59,691 bases of DNA from an uncultured Bacilli bacterium (GTDB lineage: Bacteria; Bacillota_I; Bacilli_A; RF39; UBA660). Numbering within the stretch: position 1 is the first letter of the stretch; each line of letters begins with the position of its first letter. Both the position numbers and the translations under genes were made by a program. Below are positions 19,561 through 28,923 of the stretch, piece after piece. The stretch is taken from positions 1 through 59,691 of the forward strand of contig CAKORV010000003.1 of NCBI GenBank assembly GCA_934101625.1. Reading direction: 5' to 3'. The notes beneath the pieces are model-generated. The model did no database searches. It was not told the DNA's origin and saw nothing but the letters and a program-made list of their open reading frames with translations.

Positions 19561-20440
19561 CTACTCTTTCAATAAATATTTCATTCAAAGAAGGCTCTTC
19601 AACTATAAACTTAGTAATATTCTTACATTTACTAACATACTTAAACACATTCTCTACTTTAGAATCATCTAATATCTTAACAGAATAATCTTGTCCATTC
19701 TTTTGAACATCCAACACTCCATTAACTTTTTTAATTTCTTCAGTATCAATACTCCCATTTATTAATATATTTTTCTTTCTATACTCTTCTTTAATCTTCT
19801 TTAAATTACCTTGTAAAACAGTCTTACCTTTAACTAATATAACTAATGATTCACAAAAATACTCTACATGATCCATTCTATGACTAGAGAATATTATACT
19901 AGTCCCTTCATGCTTTAATTCTAAAATTAAATTTTTAAATAACTCTATATTTATAGGATCCAATCCACTAAAAGGTTCATCTAATATTAGTAATTTAGGT
20001 TTATGTAAAATAGCCATAATAAACTGAACTTTTTGTTGATTACCTTTAGATAACTCTTTAATCTTTTTATTCTTATAATCACTTATTTCTAGCTTATCTA
20101 ATAAATAATCTAATCTACTTTCAATATCTTTTTCACTCATACTCTTAAGTCCACCATAGAACTTTGCTTGTTCAAATACAGTTAACTTAGTTAATAAACA
20201 TCTTTCTTCAGCTAAAAACCCTATTTTATCAGTAACACTATAATCTATCTTTTTCCCATTAAAAGTAATTTCTCCTTCTGTTTTATCGAGTAATCCTGTT
20301 ATCATTCTAAATGTAGTCGTTTTACCAGCTCCATTAACTCCCAATAATCCAAAAATTTCGCCATCTTTAACTTCAAAAGACAAATTATCAACAGCTAAAT
20401 TACTTCCATAATATTTAGTAACATTCTTTAATATTAACAT
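19541..20440 (-). CDS. ABC transporter ATP-binding protein (YhaQ/NatA-like)
   Basis: Walker A GVNGAGKTT, signature LSKGNQQKVQF, Walker B LLILDEPFSGLD, and H-loop SSHRM. Confidence 0.9.
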   Translation of the reverse strand: MLILKNVTKYYGSNLAVDNLSFEVKDGEIFGLLGVNGAGKTTTFRMITGLLDKTEGEITFNGKKIDYSVTDKIGFLAEERCLLTKLTVFEQAKFYGGLKSMSEKDIESRLDYLLDKLEISDYKNKKIKELSKGNQQKVQFIMAILHKPKLLILDEPFSGLDPINIELFKNLILELKHEGTSIIFSSHRMDHVEYFCESLVILVKGKTVLQGNLKKIKEEYRKKNILINGSIDTEEIKKVNGVLDVQKNGQDYSVKILDDSKVENVFKYVSKCKNITKFIVEEPSLNEIFIERVGGSYEK

Positions 20441-20442
20441 AA

Positions 20443-22068
20443 CTACCTCCTAATTTTTAATTTCCTAAATATTTTATCTATAAACTCTTTTTCAAATACA
20501 CTTTCAAGTAATCCAATTTTATAAGAAATACTTAAATAAACAAAACCACCCACTAATGCATAAAATAAACAAGTCATAAATATTTTAATACTTCCACTCA
20601 CATTTAACTTTAAAAATAAGTTTATTAGAATAAGTACACATGTCATACTTAATATTGGTAACATACTTTTTTTAATAGTGTCTACTATTCCTTTAAAACT
20701 AAATCCTAGTTGTTTTTTTAATGAACTTAAACTTATCGTATAAGATAAAACATAACCAAGAATAGTCGCGATTATCGCTCCATAAAAGGCATGAGTACCT
20801 AATTTCTTCATCAAATACATAAGTGGCACATCCAATATAGCATTAGTCAAAAAGCCTAATATAGTGCTCTTATAAACTACTTTAAACATATTAAGACTTT
20901 GTAAAGCCATACTTATAACTATATATATACTTGCAAATAATGCTTGAAATGCTGTATATCTTAAAATTAATGTTCCATATAAACTATAACCATAAAATAA
21001 TGTATAAATAGGTCTAGATAAATAAGCAATACCCACACTTAAAGGTAAAGTACTAACAATAATAATACTTATCGCCTGATTAAACTTCTTATTTGCTTCA
21101 GTCATATCTTTCTTAACAAAACTACTAACCATATGTGGTATCAAACTAGTAGAAAGTCCTATCGCAACTGCATTAATTATCATACATATTTTAGGTGTCC
21201 AAGTAGAAATAATACTTGAAATAAGTTCACTTTCACTACCAGTATATCCAAGTTTATAACTAGCCTTTAAAACTAAAGTCATATCAGTTAAACTATAAAT
21301 ATCAGTAGCAATACTAACTATAATTAAAGGTAATGCATAACTAAGTATCTTTTTAATTATTTCCTTATCACTTACTTTATCAGGTTTGGTAGAAACTTTA
21401 AATTCATCCTTATTCTTTTTCATTTTAATAAGTAAATAAATGTAAGCTACTACTCCTCCAAAAAAAGCACCAGAAACTGCAACACCTACACCTAAACTAA
21501 CACTTTTATTTAGAACATTAATAATTATATAAGATCCCATAAGTATAACTGCTATTCTAACAACTTGTTCAATTATTTGACTAACACTAGAAGGTGTAAT
21601 ATATTTATGCCCTTGTAAATAACCTTTAGTAACAGATAAAAAAGGTATAATAAGTAAACAAAATGATACACATCTAATAACAAAAGCAACATCGTTTAAA
21701 CTATTCCCACCACTTATATCTCCAAGTATTAAAACTGCTATCTCTTTAGCAAATACAAATAAAGCAAAGAATGCAATCAAAGCAATAATTCCTATAATTC
21801 TCTTAGCTAACTTAAATGATCTTTCTTTAGCCTCATACATTTCCAAAGTATTATATTCACTAATAATCTTACTAATCGCAACTGGTATACCTGCTGTACT
21901 AATATTTAAAAACAAATTATAAACATTATAAGCATAACTATATAATGCACCACCGCTTTCCCCAATAATCTTATAAAAAGGTATAACATATAAAACACCT
22001 AATATTTTAACTAATATTATTGAAAAAGTTGCTATAAATGTGCCTTCTACAAAAGAATTTTTCTTCAT
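20443..22068 (-). CDS. MOP-superfamily flippase (SpoVB / MurJ-YtgP-like)
   Basis: About 541 aa with 14 predicted TM helices. N-terminus MKKNSFVEGTFIATFSIILVKILGVLYVIPF is typical of the family. The ATG at 22068 follows GAGAGG; the ORF track starts at 22080. Confidence 0.7.
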   Translation of the reverse strand: MKKNSFVEGTFIATFSIILVKILGVLYVIPFYKIIGESGGALYSYAYNVYNLFLNISTAGIPVAISKIISEYNTLEMYEAKERSFKLAKRIIGIIALIAFFALFVFAKEIAVLILGDISGGNSLNDVAFVIRCVSFCLLIIPFLSVTKGYLQGHKYITPSSVSQIIEQVVRIAVILMGSYIIINVLNKSVSLGVGVAVSGAFFGGVVAYIYLLIKMKKNKDEFKVSTKPDKVSDKEIIKKILSYALPLIIVSIATDIYSLTDMTLVLKASYKLGYTGSESELISSIISTWTPKICMIINAVAIGLSTSLIPHMVSSFVKKDMTEANKKFNQAISIIIVSTLPLSVGIAYLSRPIYTLFYGYSLYGTLILRYTAFQALFASIYIVISMALQSLNMFKVVYKSTILGFLTNAILDVPLMYLMKKLGTHAFYGAIIATILGYVLSYTISLSSLKKQLGFSFKGIVDTIKKSMLPILSMTCVLILINLFLKLNVSGSIKIFMTCLFYALVGGFVYLSISYKIGLLESVFEKEFIDKIFRKLKIRR

Positions 22069-22076
22069 ATAACCTC

Positions 22077-22256
22077 TCAATCTATATAAATTATCATCGC
22101 ACTAAAGCAATATATCTGTTCACTACTAAATATTCCTATACTTACTTGATACTTTATATCTATTATTTTCTTACTACCTATAGTTCTCAAAAAAGAATTT
22201 ACTTTATTTTCTAAATCCTTTTCATGAGACTCATCAAATACTCTTACTGTATACAT
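22077..22256 (-). CDS. cse60: sporulation protein Cse60
   Basis: 59 aa: MYTVRVFDESHEKDLENKVNSFL...IIDIKYQVS...YCFSAMIIY. This matches the Cse60 pattern (KxFDExHEKDLEDxxNxFL...IxDIKYQV...YSFSALIxY). The ORF-track start at 22289 is probably too long. Confidence 0.7.
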   Translation of the reverse strand: MYTVRVFDESHEKDLENKVNSFLRTIGSKKIIDIKYQVSIGIFSSEQIYCFSAMIIYID

Positions 22257-22464
22257 ACTATTCACCATAATCATTTTACAACTACTCATATAAATAATAT
22301 GTCACATTATGTAAAACCATGTACATACATATTTTACCAAAATTGACTTAATAAATAAAGAGAACTATTATAATTTCATATTTAAATTATAATAATCAAT
22401 TTACAACTACTTTAACATCATTTAAAATTACCGATTTTCAATAGTTAATTTTATATTTTACATC

Positions 22465-22506
22465 TCACTAGGTCATTTTCAAACAATTCACTAGGTCATT
22501 TTCAAA
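22465..22506. repeat. tandem direct repeat, 2 x 19 bp (tcactaggtcattttcaaa) with a 4-bp spacer
   Basis: Perfect copies at 22465-22483 and 22488-22506 (period 23 bp). On the minus strand each copy contains TTGAAA. The proximal copy sits 16 nt from TAAAAT. Confidence 0.8.
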
Positions 22507-22540
22507 AATATATAAAGCAAAAAAGTTGAGCATTCTCAAC

Positions 22541-22897
22541 TTAATCACATTTTTTCTTATAAATTCTTCCTATTATCTCATAAATTGAATATATAAGTGC
22601 CATCATAACTAAAAAGCCTACTATCATAGATAAAAATGTATTTTTTATATTAATCACTATTATAAATGTAATACTCATAATCAAAGGATTAATAAAAGTT
22701 AATGTCCATTTAAGATTATTGTATTTAACTTTTCTCATATCCAAATTAAACTTATTTACAATATAATTAACTTCTAAATACTTTTTACCTTCATTATATA
22801 CTTTTCTCTTATTATTAATAATAAATATATATATTAATAATAACACTAGGTAAGAACTTACAAAATAAATTAAATTAGTTATCAACATTTCTTTCAT
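22541..22897 (-). CDS. small membrane protein, unknown function
   Basis: 118 aa with three hydrophobic helices. A hairpin (gttgag/ctcaac) lies immediately downstream. Confidence 0.55.
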   Translation of the reverse strand: MKEMLITNLIYFVSSYLVLLLIYIFIINNKRKVYNEGKKYLEVNYIVNKFNLDMRKVKYNNLKWTLTFINPLIMSITFIIVINIKNTFLSMIVGFLVMMALIYSIYEIIGRIYKKKCD

Positions 22898-22935
22898 AAT
22901 TTAATTATATAATAATTATTTCTTATTTTCCAGTA

Positions 22936-23094
22936 TTAACTACAACTATTCTCATCTATCTCATACGGACTTTCAGGTGTTCCATTTCCTGATTTAACTT
23001 TGGCACATTTTGAGATTGAGATAACTGGTCTGACAATCCCAATACTATTTACAAAATCACCACCAAAAAAATATATAGACTTGTGCCTATATAT
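22936..23094 (-). pseudogene. C-terminal gene fragment (about 52 codons, no start codon)
   Basis: Open between the TAA at 23095-23097 and the TAA at 22936-22938. Reads ...GGDFVNSIGIVRPVISISKCAKVKSGNGTPESPYEIDENSCS*. The GxRPxISL...SGxGTxxxPYxI ending is typical of the C-termini of larger Firmicute proteins. Confidence 0.4.
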
Positions 23095-23107
23095 TTAATT
23101 TCACGAA

Positions 23108-23194
23108 AAAACTATGAGAGATAATTAATAAATTACCCCTCCATAACGAACGATTGTTGTTATAGTTTGAGCTTTCCAATATTCTCATAGTTTT
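23108..23194. repeat. 12-bp perfect inverted repeat enclosing 63 nt
   Basis: aaaactatgaga (23108-23119) and tctcatagtttt (23183-23194). On the minus strand the second arm runs into a T-tract. Lies 3' of the GH31 gene. Confidence 0.6.
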
Positions 23195-23222
23195 GTCTTA
23201 CTACTTTATATTTTTTATTTTA

Positions 23223-25613
23223 CTATATTTCACTTATGTACTCAAGAAGTTTCAAGAACATCTTTATGAATACTCCCTTTAGCCCTTTACTTCTTAACTT
23301 TCTTATAGATATTCTTTTCTTTCTAATAGAATCATCACTAAATAATATACCAGCAATAGTCTCTTTTAAAGTTGTCTCTATTTGTAAATCGGATATAATA
23401 TCATCAATATCTTCATTAATTAATCTAACTGCATCTATTTCTATTGCTTTACCACCACAATTTATAGTTAATTGTTGAGTTGTAGGAACATCTTTAATTT
23501 CAATTATAAAATCATTATCTGTAGTATAAGATTCATATTCTTTATCAAATTTACCAATATTAACTTTAACATCTTCTGGATTCTTAGTATTTCTAAATCT
23601 AATCTTATAATTTCTTTTTTCAGGAATAATATTACTTTTACCATCAATAGGTCTAATTATTAGAGTATAATTATTTTTTCTATAATTATAGTCTATATTT
23701 GTAATAATATAAAAACCTTCTTTATATAAATTAGATACTCCATCATCTTCATATAAATTATAAGAATTACTACATCCAGGAAATACTTGTATTTCCAATT
23801 CCTTAGGAGGATGTACATCATTAATATTATCTTTATCTAATCTCGCTATTGGAATAATTGCACCACTTCTGGCATATACAGGATAATCTTCATCTTTATA
23901 GAAAGTTACATATCTACCACCAGGAAACTTTTTACCAGTTTTAATATCATACCAAATACCTTCAGGTAAAAATATTTTATGTACCACTCTATTCATTATT
24001 GAATCCTTAGGCATAGTAATAGGTGCTACTAAAAGTTCTGTACCAAAATAATATTCATTTTTATATAATGGTTCATCATATACTTCGGGATTTCTATAAT
24101 ATATAGGTTGTATAAGTGGCATACCTAATTTATAGTACTTATAAGCTTCAGTATAAATATATGGTATTAATTTATGTCTCATTCTAGTATAACTTCTAAC
24201 TATAGTCTTAGTATTATTATCCCATTTCCAAGGTTCACGTTTATAATAATGTCCTGCTTTAGAAGCAAATCTAAATACTGGACTATAAACTCCTAATTGA
24301 ACATATCTAGTATATAATTCTTTATCCTCTATTCCACCTTCATAACCACCTATATCATGACTCCACCAAGAAAGTCCTATATTAGCACTCATTGAATTAT
24401 AAAAAGGTAAATATCTTAATGTTTTCCAACTTACTTTAGTATTGCCAGAAAACATAACTGGATACCTATGAGACGCTATTAAAGAATTTCTAGCCATAAC
24501 AAGTCCTCTTCTAGTATCTTTTCTTGAATAATTCATAAAAGTAAAATGAGTCAACATAAATGCACTAATCTTATCTTTTTTATTTTCATCTAACCAAAAA
24601 TAATCAACACCTAAATCTAATAAAGGATCAATAACACTATTATAAAATTCATTTAATAATTCAGTATTATATACATTAAAAGGTATAGTAGAATCTTTAG
24701 AATTAGTTATTTCTTTAGCTTTATTATAAAAACTATCTGTATCTTTAAAACCATAATCAGTATTAAGACCAACTCCTAAATATATTTTTTTATCATGCAT
24801 GTCTTTAATTAATTTTTCTACATTAGGAAACTTTTCTCTATCAAATTCATAATTCTTAACACCAACTTTGTTCCAACTTTTACCAAGTAATATAGAAGAA
24901 ATAGGTACTTCACTTTTATCAAAATTCTCTATTAAATTTTCCACATCATTTTCATTATATTCTTCATTTTTATTCCACCACACACCTAAAGCATATCTAG
25001 GTATCAAACCAGGATAACCAGTTAATTCAAAATAACTTTTAAGAGCTTTTCCAAAATCTTTTCTATATATAAATAAATATATATCTATTCCATCACTAGG
25101 GTTCTTTTTCACACTACCATCTGCTACAAATACCGGATTACCTGTATCATTTATAGTAGCAAATCCATCAGTTGAATATAGTCCTTTTTCTACTTTAAAA
25201 CCATGTTTATCCATATCAAAACTATATGCTGCACCTTTGAAATTTCTAACTTCAGGATGATTATAATACCAAACTTTATCTGTACCCACCAAACTAACTC
25301 TCATATTAGAATCAGGCACCAATTTACCTGCTTCAAAAGGCTTTTCTTTAGAATACTCCAAAATAAAATAATTATTTTGTATATTAAGAAATTTATCATC
25401 TTGTTTAACACTAATATTAGGTGTTTCACTAAAATTTCTATTCAAAACTTGTATAGTAGGATAATCATTAAATGTACCAGTTTCACTATATTCAAAACGA
25501 ATTAAAACATCAGATAATACAGTAATTCTATATTTTTGTCCCTTAAATACATACTCTGGTTTAGAAAGTCCTTTATTAATATCAATTCTAAAATGATTAC
25601 TCATACTTGCCAT
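23223..25613 (-). CDS. glycoside hydrolase family 31 (alpha-glucosidase / alpha-xylosidase-like)
   Basis: GH31 landmarks: GVWWNKNEEY, nucleophile region VDYFWLDENK, and acid/base region SWWSHDIGGY. I prefer the ATG at 25613, 10 nt after AAAGGAG; the ORF track starts at 25622. Confidence 0.85.
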   Translation of the reverse strand: MASMSNHFRIDINKGLSKPEYVFKGQKYRITVLSDVLIRFEYSETGTFNDYPTIQVLNRNFSETPNISVKQDDKFLNIQNNYFILEYSKEKPFEAGKLVPDSNMRVSLVGTDKVWYYNHPEVRNFKGAAYSFDMDKHGFKVEKGLYSTDGFATINDTGNPVFVADGSVKKNPSDGIDIYLFIYRKDFGKALKSYFELTGYPGLIPRYALGVWWNKNEEYNENDVENLIENFDKSEVPISSILLGKSWNKVGVKNYEFDREKFPNVEKLIKDMHDKKIYLGVGLNTDYGFKDTDSFYNKAKEITNSKDSTIPFNVYNTELLNEFYNSVIDPLLDLGVDYFWLDENKKDKISAFMLTHFTFMNYSRKDTRRGLVMARNSLIASHRYPVMFSGNTKVSWKTLRYLPFYNSMSANIGLSWWSHDIGGYEGGIEDKELYTRYVQLGVYSPVFRFASKAGHYYKREPWKWDNNTKTIVRSYTRMRHKLIPYIYTEAYKYYKLGMPLIQPIYYRNPEVYDEPLYKNEYYFGTELLVAPITMPKDSIMNRVVHKIFLPEGIWYDIKTGKKFPGGRYVTFYKDEDYPVYARSGAIIPIARLDKDNINDVHPPKELEIQVFPGCSNSYNLYEDDGVSNLYKEGFYIITNIDYNYRKNNYTLIIRPIDGKSNIIPEKRNYKIRFRNTKNPEDVKVNIGKFDKEYESYTTDNDFIIEIKDVPTTQQLTINCGGKAIEIDAVRLINEDIDDIISDLQIETTLKETIAGILFSDDSIRKKRISIRKLRSKGLKGVFIKMFLKLLEYISEI

Positions 25614-25641
25614 ACTAACCATTCTCCTTTATTTTACTAAC

Positions 25642-25693
25642 TAAATTATAACAAAAGTATATAAAAAAAGAAATAGTATTTAAACTATTTCAA
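25642..25693 (-). promoter_or_regulatory. terminator-plus-promoter module, copy 1 (upstream of GH31)
   Basis: Minus strand: hairpin gaaatagt-N6-actatttc, a T-run, then an extended -10 TGTTATAAT. Matches 28872-28923 at 48 of 52 positions. Confidence 0.55.
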
Positions 25694-25701
25694 TTTAATA
25701 T

Positions 25702-27042
25702 TTATCTATCCATTGTTAACTCATCAACAATATTATTAATTTTAACAGCACATTCAACAATTTCTTTTTTCCAAGATTCTACTTGATCTTTAACACTAGA
25801 ATAAATTCTATCATTTTCTACCTCTAATAGTTCAATCTCACTATCAATTTGTTTTTTCTCTTTACCCTTAAATAAACCTAAATGTTTTCTTTCTTCTTGT
25901 TTTTCTTCTATCTTTTTACGATTATCATTAATCTTCTGCATTTCTGGTAATTCTTGAGTTTGTTTTTCTAATGTTTCTTTTTTATTTAATAATTGTTTTC
26001 TTTCATTTTCTAATCTATCTTTTTCTTCTTTATGTTGTTCCCAATATTTATCAATTTTTTCTTTTCTTTCTCTTTCTTTTCTTTCTTGAACTTCCTTTTC
26101 AATTTGCGCTATTTTATTACTATATTCATCAATCTCTTTTTTTCTAGCATTTACTGCTTCTTTAGCTAAACTATAACTTCTAGCCCAATAACTACCATAA
26201 GATGTAAATTCTTTTGTATATGAACAACTATTTATACAATAATTATGTATATGAATTATATTTTTATATCTCTGAATATCTTCTTCGTCATCATTAGTAT
26301 CTACATCTATAGCAATTTTAAGTAGTGTTATGCAATATCCAGCTTCTTCAATCATTTTCTTCCAAGCATAATCTCCAGGATGTCCTGTATCATCATCATT
26401 TTCAAAATCTTTAGTAATCTTATCATTCCAAGCATCACATGCAGCATTATTCATAATAGTTGCTATTTGATCATTATAATTAGTAGGAATTTCTCCACCT
26501 TTTAATATATATTGAGATATAGCATTTAATATAGTAAGTCTATCACTTAAAAATAAATTAATATCTTCTTGTGTTGGATAATTAACAAAGTTTTTAGCTC
26601 TTAACCTTATCAAAGCTAAACCAAGTTCTTTTAATTCAGTTGCACCATCTTCACTAATTGCTTCCTTTTCATCTTCAGGTGCATAATCAATTGCTTTACC
26701 AAAACAATTAGCAGACTCATTAAATCTATTATTTGCTAATGTAGATTGCCATCCAGCTGCCTTTCCTTTAATAAACCATGCTTTATAATACTTTGGATCA
26801 TTTTCTATAATTTTATTACAATAATCTTCAGCTTCCTTTAGATTTGATGCATCATAAGCATTCTCTGCCATTTCTAAGAAATTCTTAATATAATCACTAT
26901 TATCAACTTTAACGGTACCTTCCACCATCATTTTCTTTGCCTCTTCAACAGAATACTTAGTACCACAACTTTGACATTCAAATAATCCTTCTTTTTTTAC
27001 TAAATCAGTGCTTCCACACATTTCACACGTTATTTTTTTCAT
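25702..27042 (-). CDS. zinc-ribbon / TPR / coiled-coil protein (YdjG-like)
   Basis: N-terminal CEMCGSTDLVKKEGLFECQSCG zinc ribbon, TPR-like helices (YDASNLKEAEDYCNKIIENDPKYYKAWFIKGKA), and a long charged coiled coil at the C-terminus. Confidence 0.65.
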   Translation of the reverse strand: MKKITCEMCGSTDLVKKEGLFECQSCGTKYSVEEAKKMMVEGTVKVDNSDYIKNFLEMAENAYDASNLKEAEDYCNKIIENDPKYYKAWFIKGKAAGWQSTLANNRFNESANCFGKAIDYAPEDEKEAISEDGATELKELGLALIRLRAKNFVNYPTQEDINLFLSDRLTILNAISQYILKGGEIPTNYNDQIATIMNNAACDAWNDKITKDFENDDDTGHPGDYAWKKMIEEAGYCITLLKIAIDVDTNDDEEDIQRYKNIIHIHNYCINSCSYTKEFTSYGSYWARSYSLAKEAVNARKKEIDEYSNKIAQIEKEVQERKERERKEKIDKYWEQHKEEKDRLENERKQLLNKKETLEKQTQELPEMQKINDNRKKIEEKQEERKHLGLFKGKEKKQIDSEIELLEVENDRIYSSVKDQVESWKKEIVECAVKINNIVDELTMDR

Positions 27043-27045
27043 ACT

Positions 27046-27702
27046 TTACTCCTTAACATTTTTATTAACAATATTTGCTTTTTTTATTAATTTAATCAAA
27101 TCTTTTATATCTTTAGAATTTATATTATTTTTTAATGATTTTATAGTATCATTAATCTTATCACTAAACTCTTTAGAACTATTATAATTACTCAAATTAG
27201 AAAATCTCAATTCATCTATTGCATTCTCTAATTCCTTTTTCAACTTATTATCATCAGTTTCTTCTTTTAATAGTTTTAACTCATTTAACCATTCTTTTAC
27301 ATTTTTAGTCTTATTTAAAACTTTTTCTTGATTAGAAATTACATGATTTTTCCCTGAATTAATAAGATAATAATCAATATAATAAACACAAATTTCCAAA
27401 ACCGAAACAATGATTAATAAATTATTATCCATAATGTTTAAAAAATATAAAACTAATACTAGAGACAAAATAATACTACACGTTATATACTTTAAAATGG
27501 CAGAAGAATTAAGAACATCTTTTTTTATTTCATTTTCTTTGTTCTTCATAATTAAAATCAAACTAACTAGTTCAAATAATAAATAAGCACCACACACTAT
27601 TATAAAGTTAACTATAGTTTTATCTATATTTATAACATACAAAATTATAAACGAACAAATTAAATATATAATATTTGGAATTAAAATAACTTTCTTTTTC
27701 AT
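27046..27702 (-). CDS. membrane protein with cytoplasmic coiled coil (YdjH-like position)
   Basis: Four N-terminal TM helices followed by a helical K/E-rich tail. Lies between the SPFH and zinc-ribbon/TPR genes with 4-nt gaps. Confidence 0.55.
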   Translation of the reverse strand: MKKKVILIPNIIYLICSFIILYVINIDKTIVNFIIVCGAYLLFELVSLILIMKNKENEIKKDVLNSSAILKYITCSIILSLVLVLYFLNIMDNNLLIIVSVLEICVYYIDYYLINSGKNHVISNQEKVLNKTKNVKEWLNELKLLKEETDDNKLKKELENAIDELRFSNLSNYNSSKEFSDKINDTIKSLKNNINSKDIKDLIKLIKKANIVNKNVKE

Positions 27703-27706
27703 TTAT

Positions 27707-28849
27707 TTACTTCCTTTCACTACCACAATTTGGACAGTACTTTCCAGAGTTTGTAAATTGATATCCACAATTAATGCATTTATCATTAAAACTTAATTTA
27801 TTTCCACAATTTTCACAAAATTTTTGATTACTTTCTACTTTATATCCACAATTTTCACAATATTTAATAGTGTTATTTACAGTGCTATTTAAATTATTTG
27901 CAAATGTTGCTCCAACAGTACTCCCAACTCCTGCCATTATTCCCATACCTATACCAGCACTCGTAAAATTACCACTACCTTCATTCTCAGCCATACTTTT
28001 AGCAACATCAAAACTCTTTTCTTCTTGATAAGTATAACCTTCATTCTTCCTTTTTTGTGCTAATCCTTCAGACGCAATAATAATCTTTTTCTTTTCTGTT
28101 TCTTGATTAATAACTCCAACTTTTTGATTTAATTCAGCTTCTGCTACATCAGCATATTGTCTAAAATGTAATTCTTTAAATTTTTCATATTGTTCATCAC
28201 CATCAGGTTTAACAATAGTCGTAATAAAAAACTGTTTCAAGTTAATCCCGTATTCATTAAAATCAGGTATTAATTTTTCTTTTACTCCATTAGACATTTC
28301 TTCTAAATTTTCATCTATTTCAAAAATATTAATTTTATTTTCTTTTATAAATTTTGATAAATAAGGTTTTAATCTAATCATAAGAAATGATTTAAAGTAA
28401 GAAACTAATCTATCTTTACTAATACCATACTCTGTACCAATTAATTTAATCAATAATTTTTTAGCATTATCTATATCTATTGACATTTCACCATTTGCTC
28501 CAATATATATAGGAAAATTATAAGTAGGTTCCATATATTGTATTTTAGTATCAGTACCCCATCTTATAGCTAAATGTTCAACTTTATTAATAAAGTATAC
28601 TTCTGAATGAAATTGTGATACTCCATCAGTAGACAAATTCATTAACTTTGTAATAACCGGTAAATTATCTGTTTCTAAAGTATATTTACCAGGTCCAAAA
28701 CTATCTAAGGCTTGTCCATCCATAAAGAAAATTGCCTCTTGAGACTCATGCACTATTAATTGAGATCCTAAATTAAAATCTTCTATAGGATATTTCCATA
28801 TAATTGTATCGTTATCACCTTCGTACTTAATAACATCATATAATTTCAT
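27707..28849 (-). CDS. SPFH/Band-7 domain protein with C-terminal double zinc ribbon (YdjI / COG4260-like)
   Basis: N-terminus MKLYDVIKYEGDNDTIIWKYPIEDFNLGSQLIVHESQEAIFFMDGQA is typical of the family. A Gly-rich linker is followed by CENCG...CENCG...CINCG...CPNCG. Confidence 0.75.
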   Translation of the reverse strand: MKLYDVIKYEGDNDTIIWKYPIEDFNLGSQLIVHESQEAIFFMDGQALDSFGPGKYTLETDNLPVITKLMNLSTDGVSQFHSEVYFINKVEHLAIRWGTDTKIQYMEPTYNFPIYIGANGEMSIDIDNAKKLLIKLIGTEYGISKDRLVSYFKSFLMIRLKPYLSKFIKENKINIFEIDENLEEMSNGVKEKLIPDFNEYGINLKQFFITTIVKPDGDEQYEKFKELHFRQYADVAEAELNQKVGVINQETEKKKIIIASEGLAQKRKNEGYTYQEEKSFDVAKSMAENEGSGNFTSAGIGMGIMAGVGSTVGATFANNLNSTVNNTIKYCENCGYKVESNQKFCENCGNKLSFNDKCINCGYQFTNSGKYCPNCGSERK

Positions 28850-28871
28850 AAATATTTCCTCCTAAAACTAA

Positions 28872-28923
28872 TTAAATTATAACAAAAATACATAAGAAAA
28901 GAAATAGTATTTAAACTATTTTA
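28872..28923 (-). promoter_or_regulatory. terminator-plus-promoter module, copy 2 (upstream of the SPFH operon, overlapping the tsaD stop)
   Basis: Same hairpin (7 bp here), T-run and TGTTATAAT as 25642-25693. Confidence 0.55.

Noticed and set aside
22465-22506. Whether the tandem 19-bp repeat is a CRISPR array.
   Set aside because: There are only two copies with a 4-bp spacer, and no cas genes. No CRISPR-like array exists anywhere in the window.
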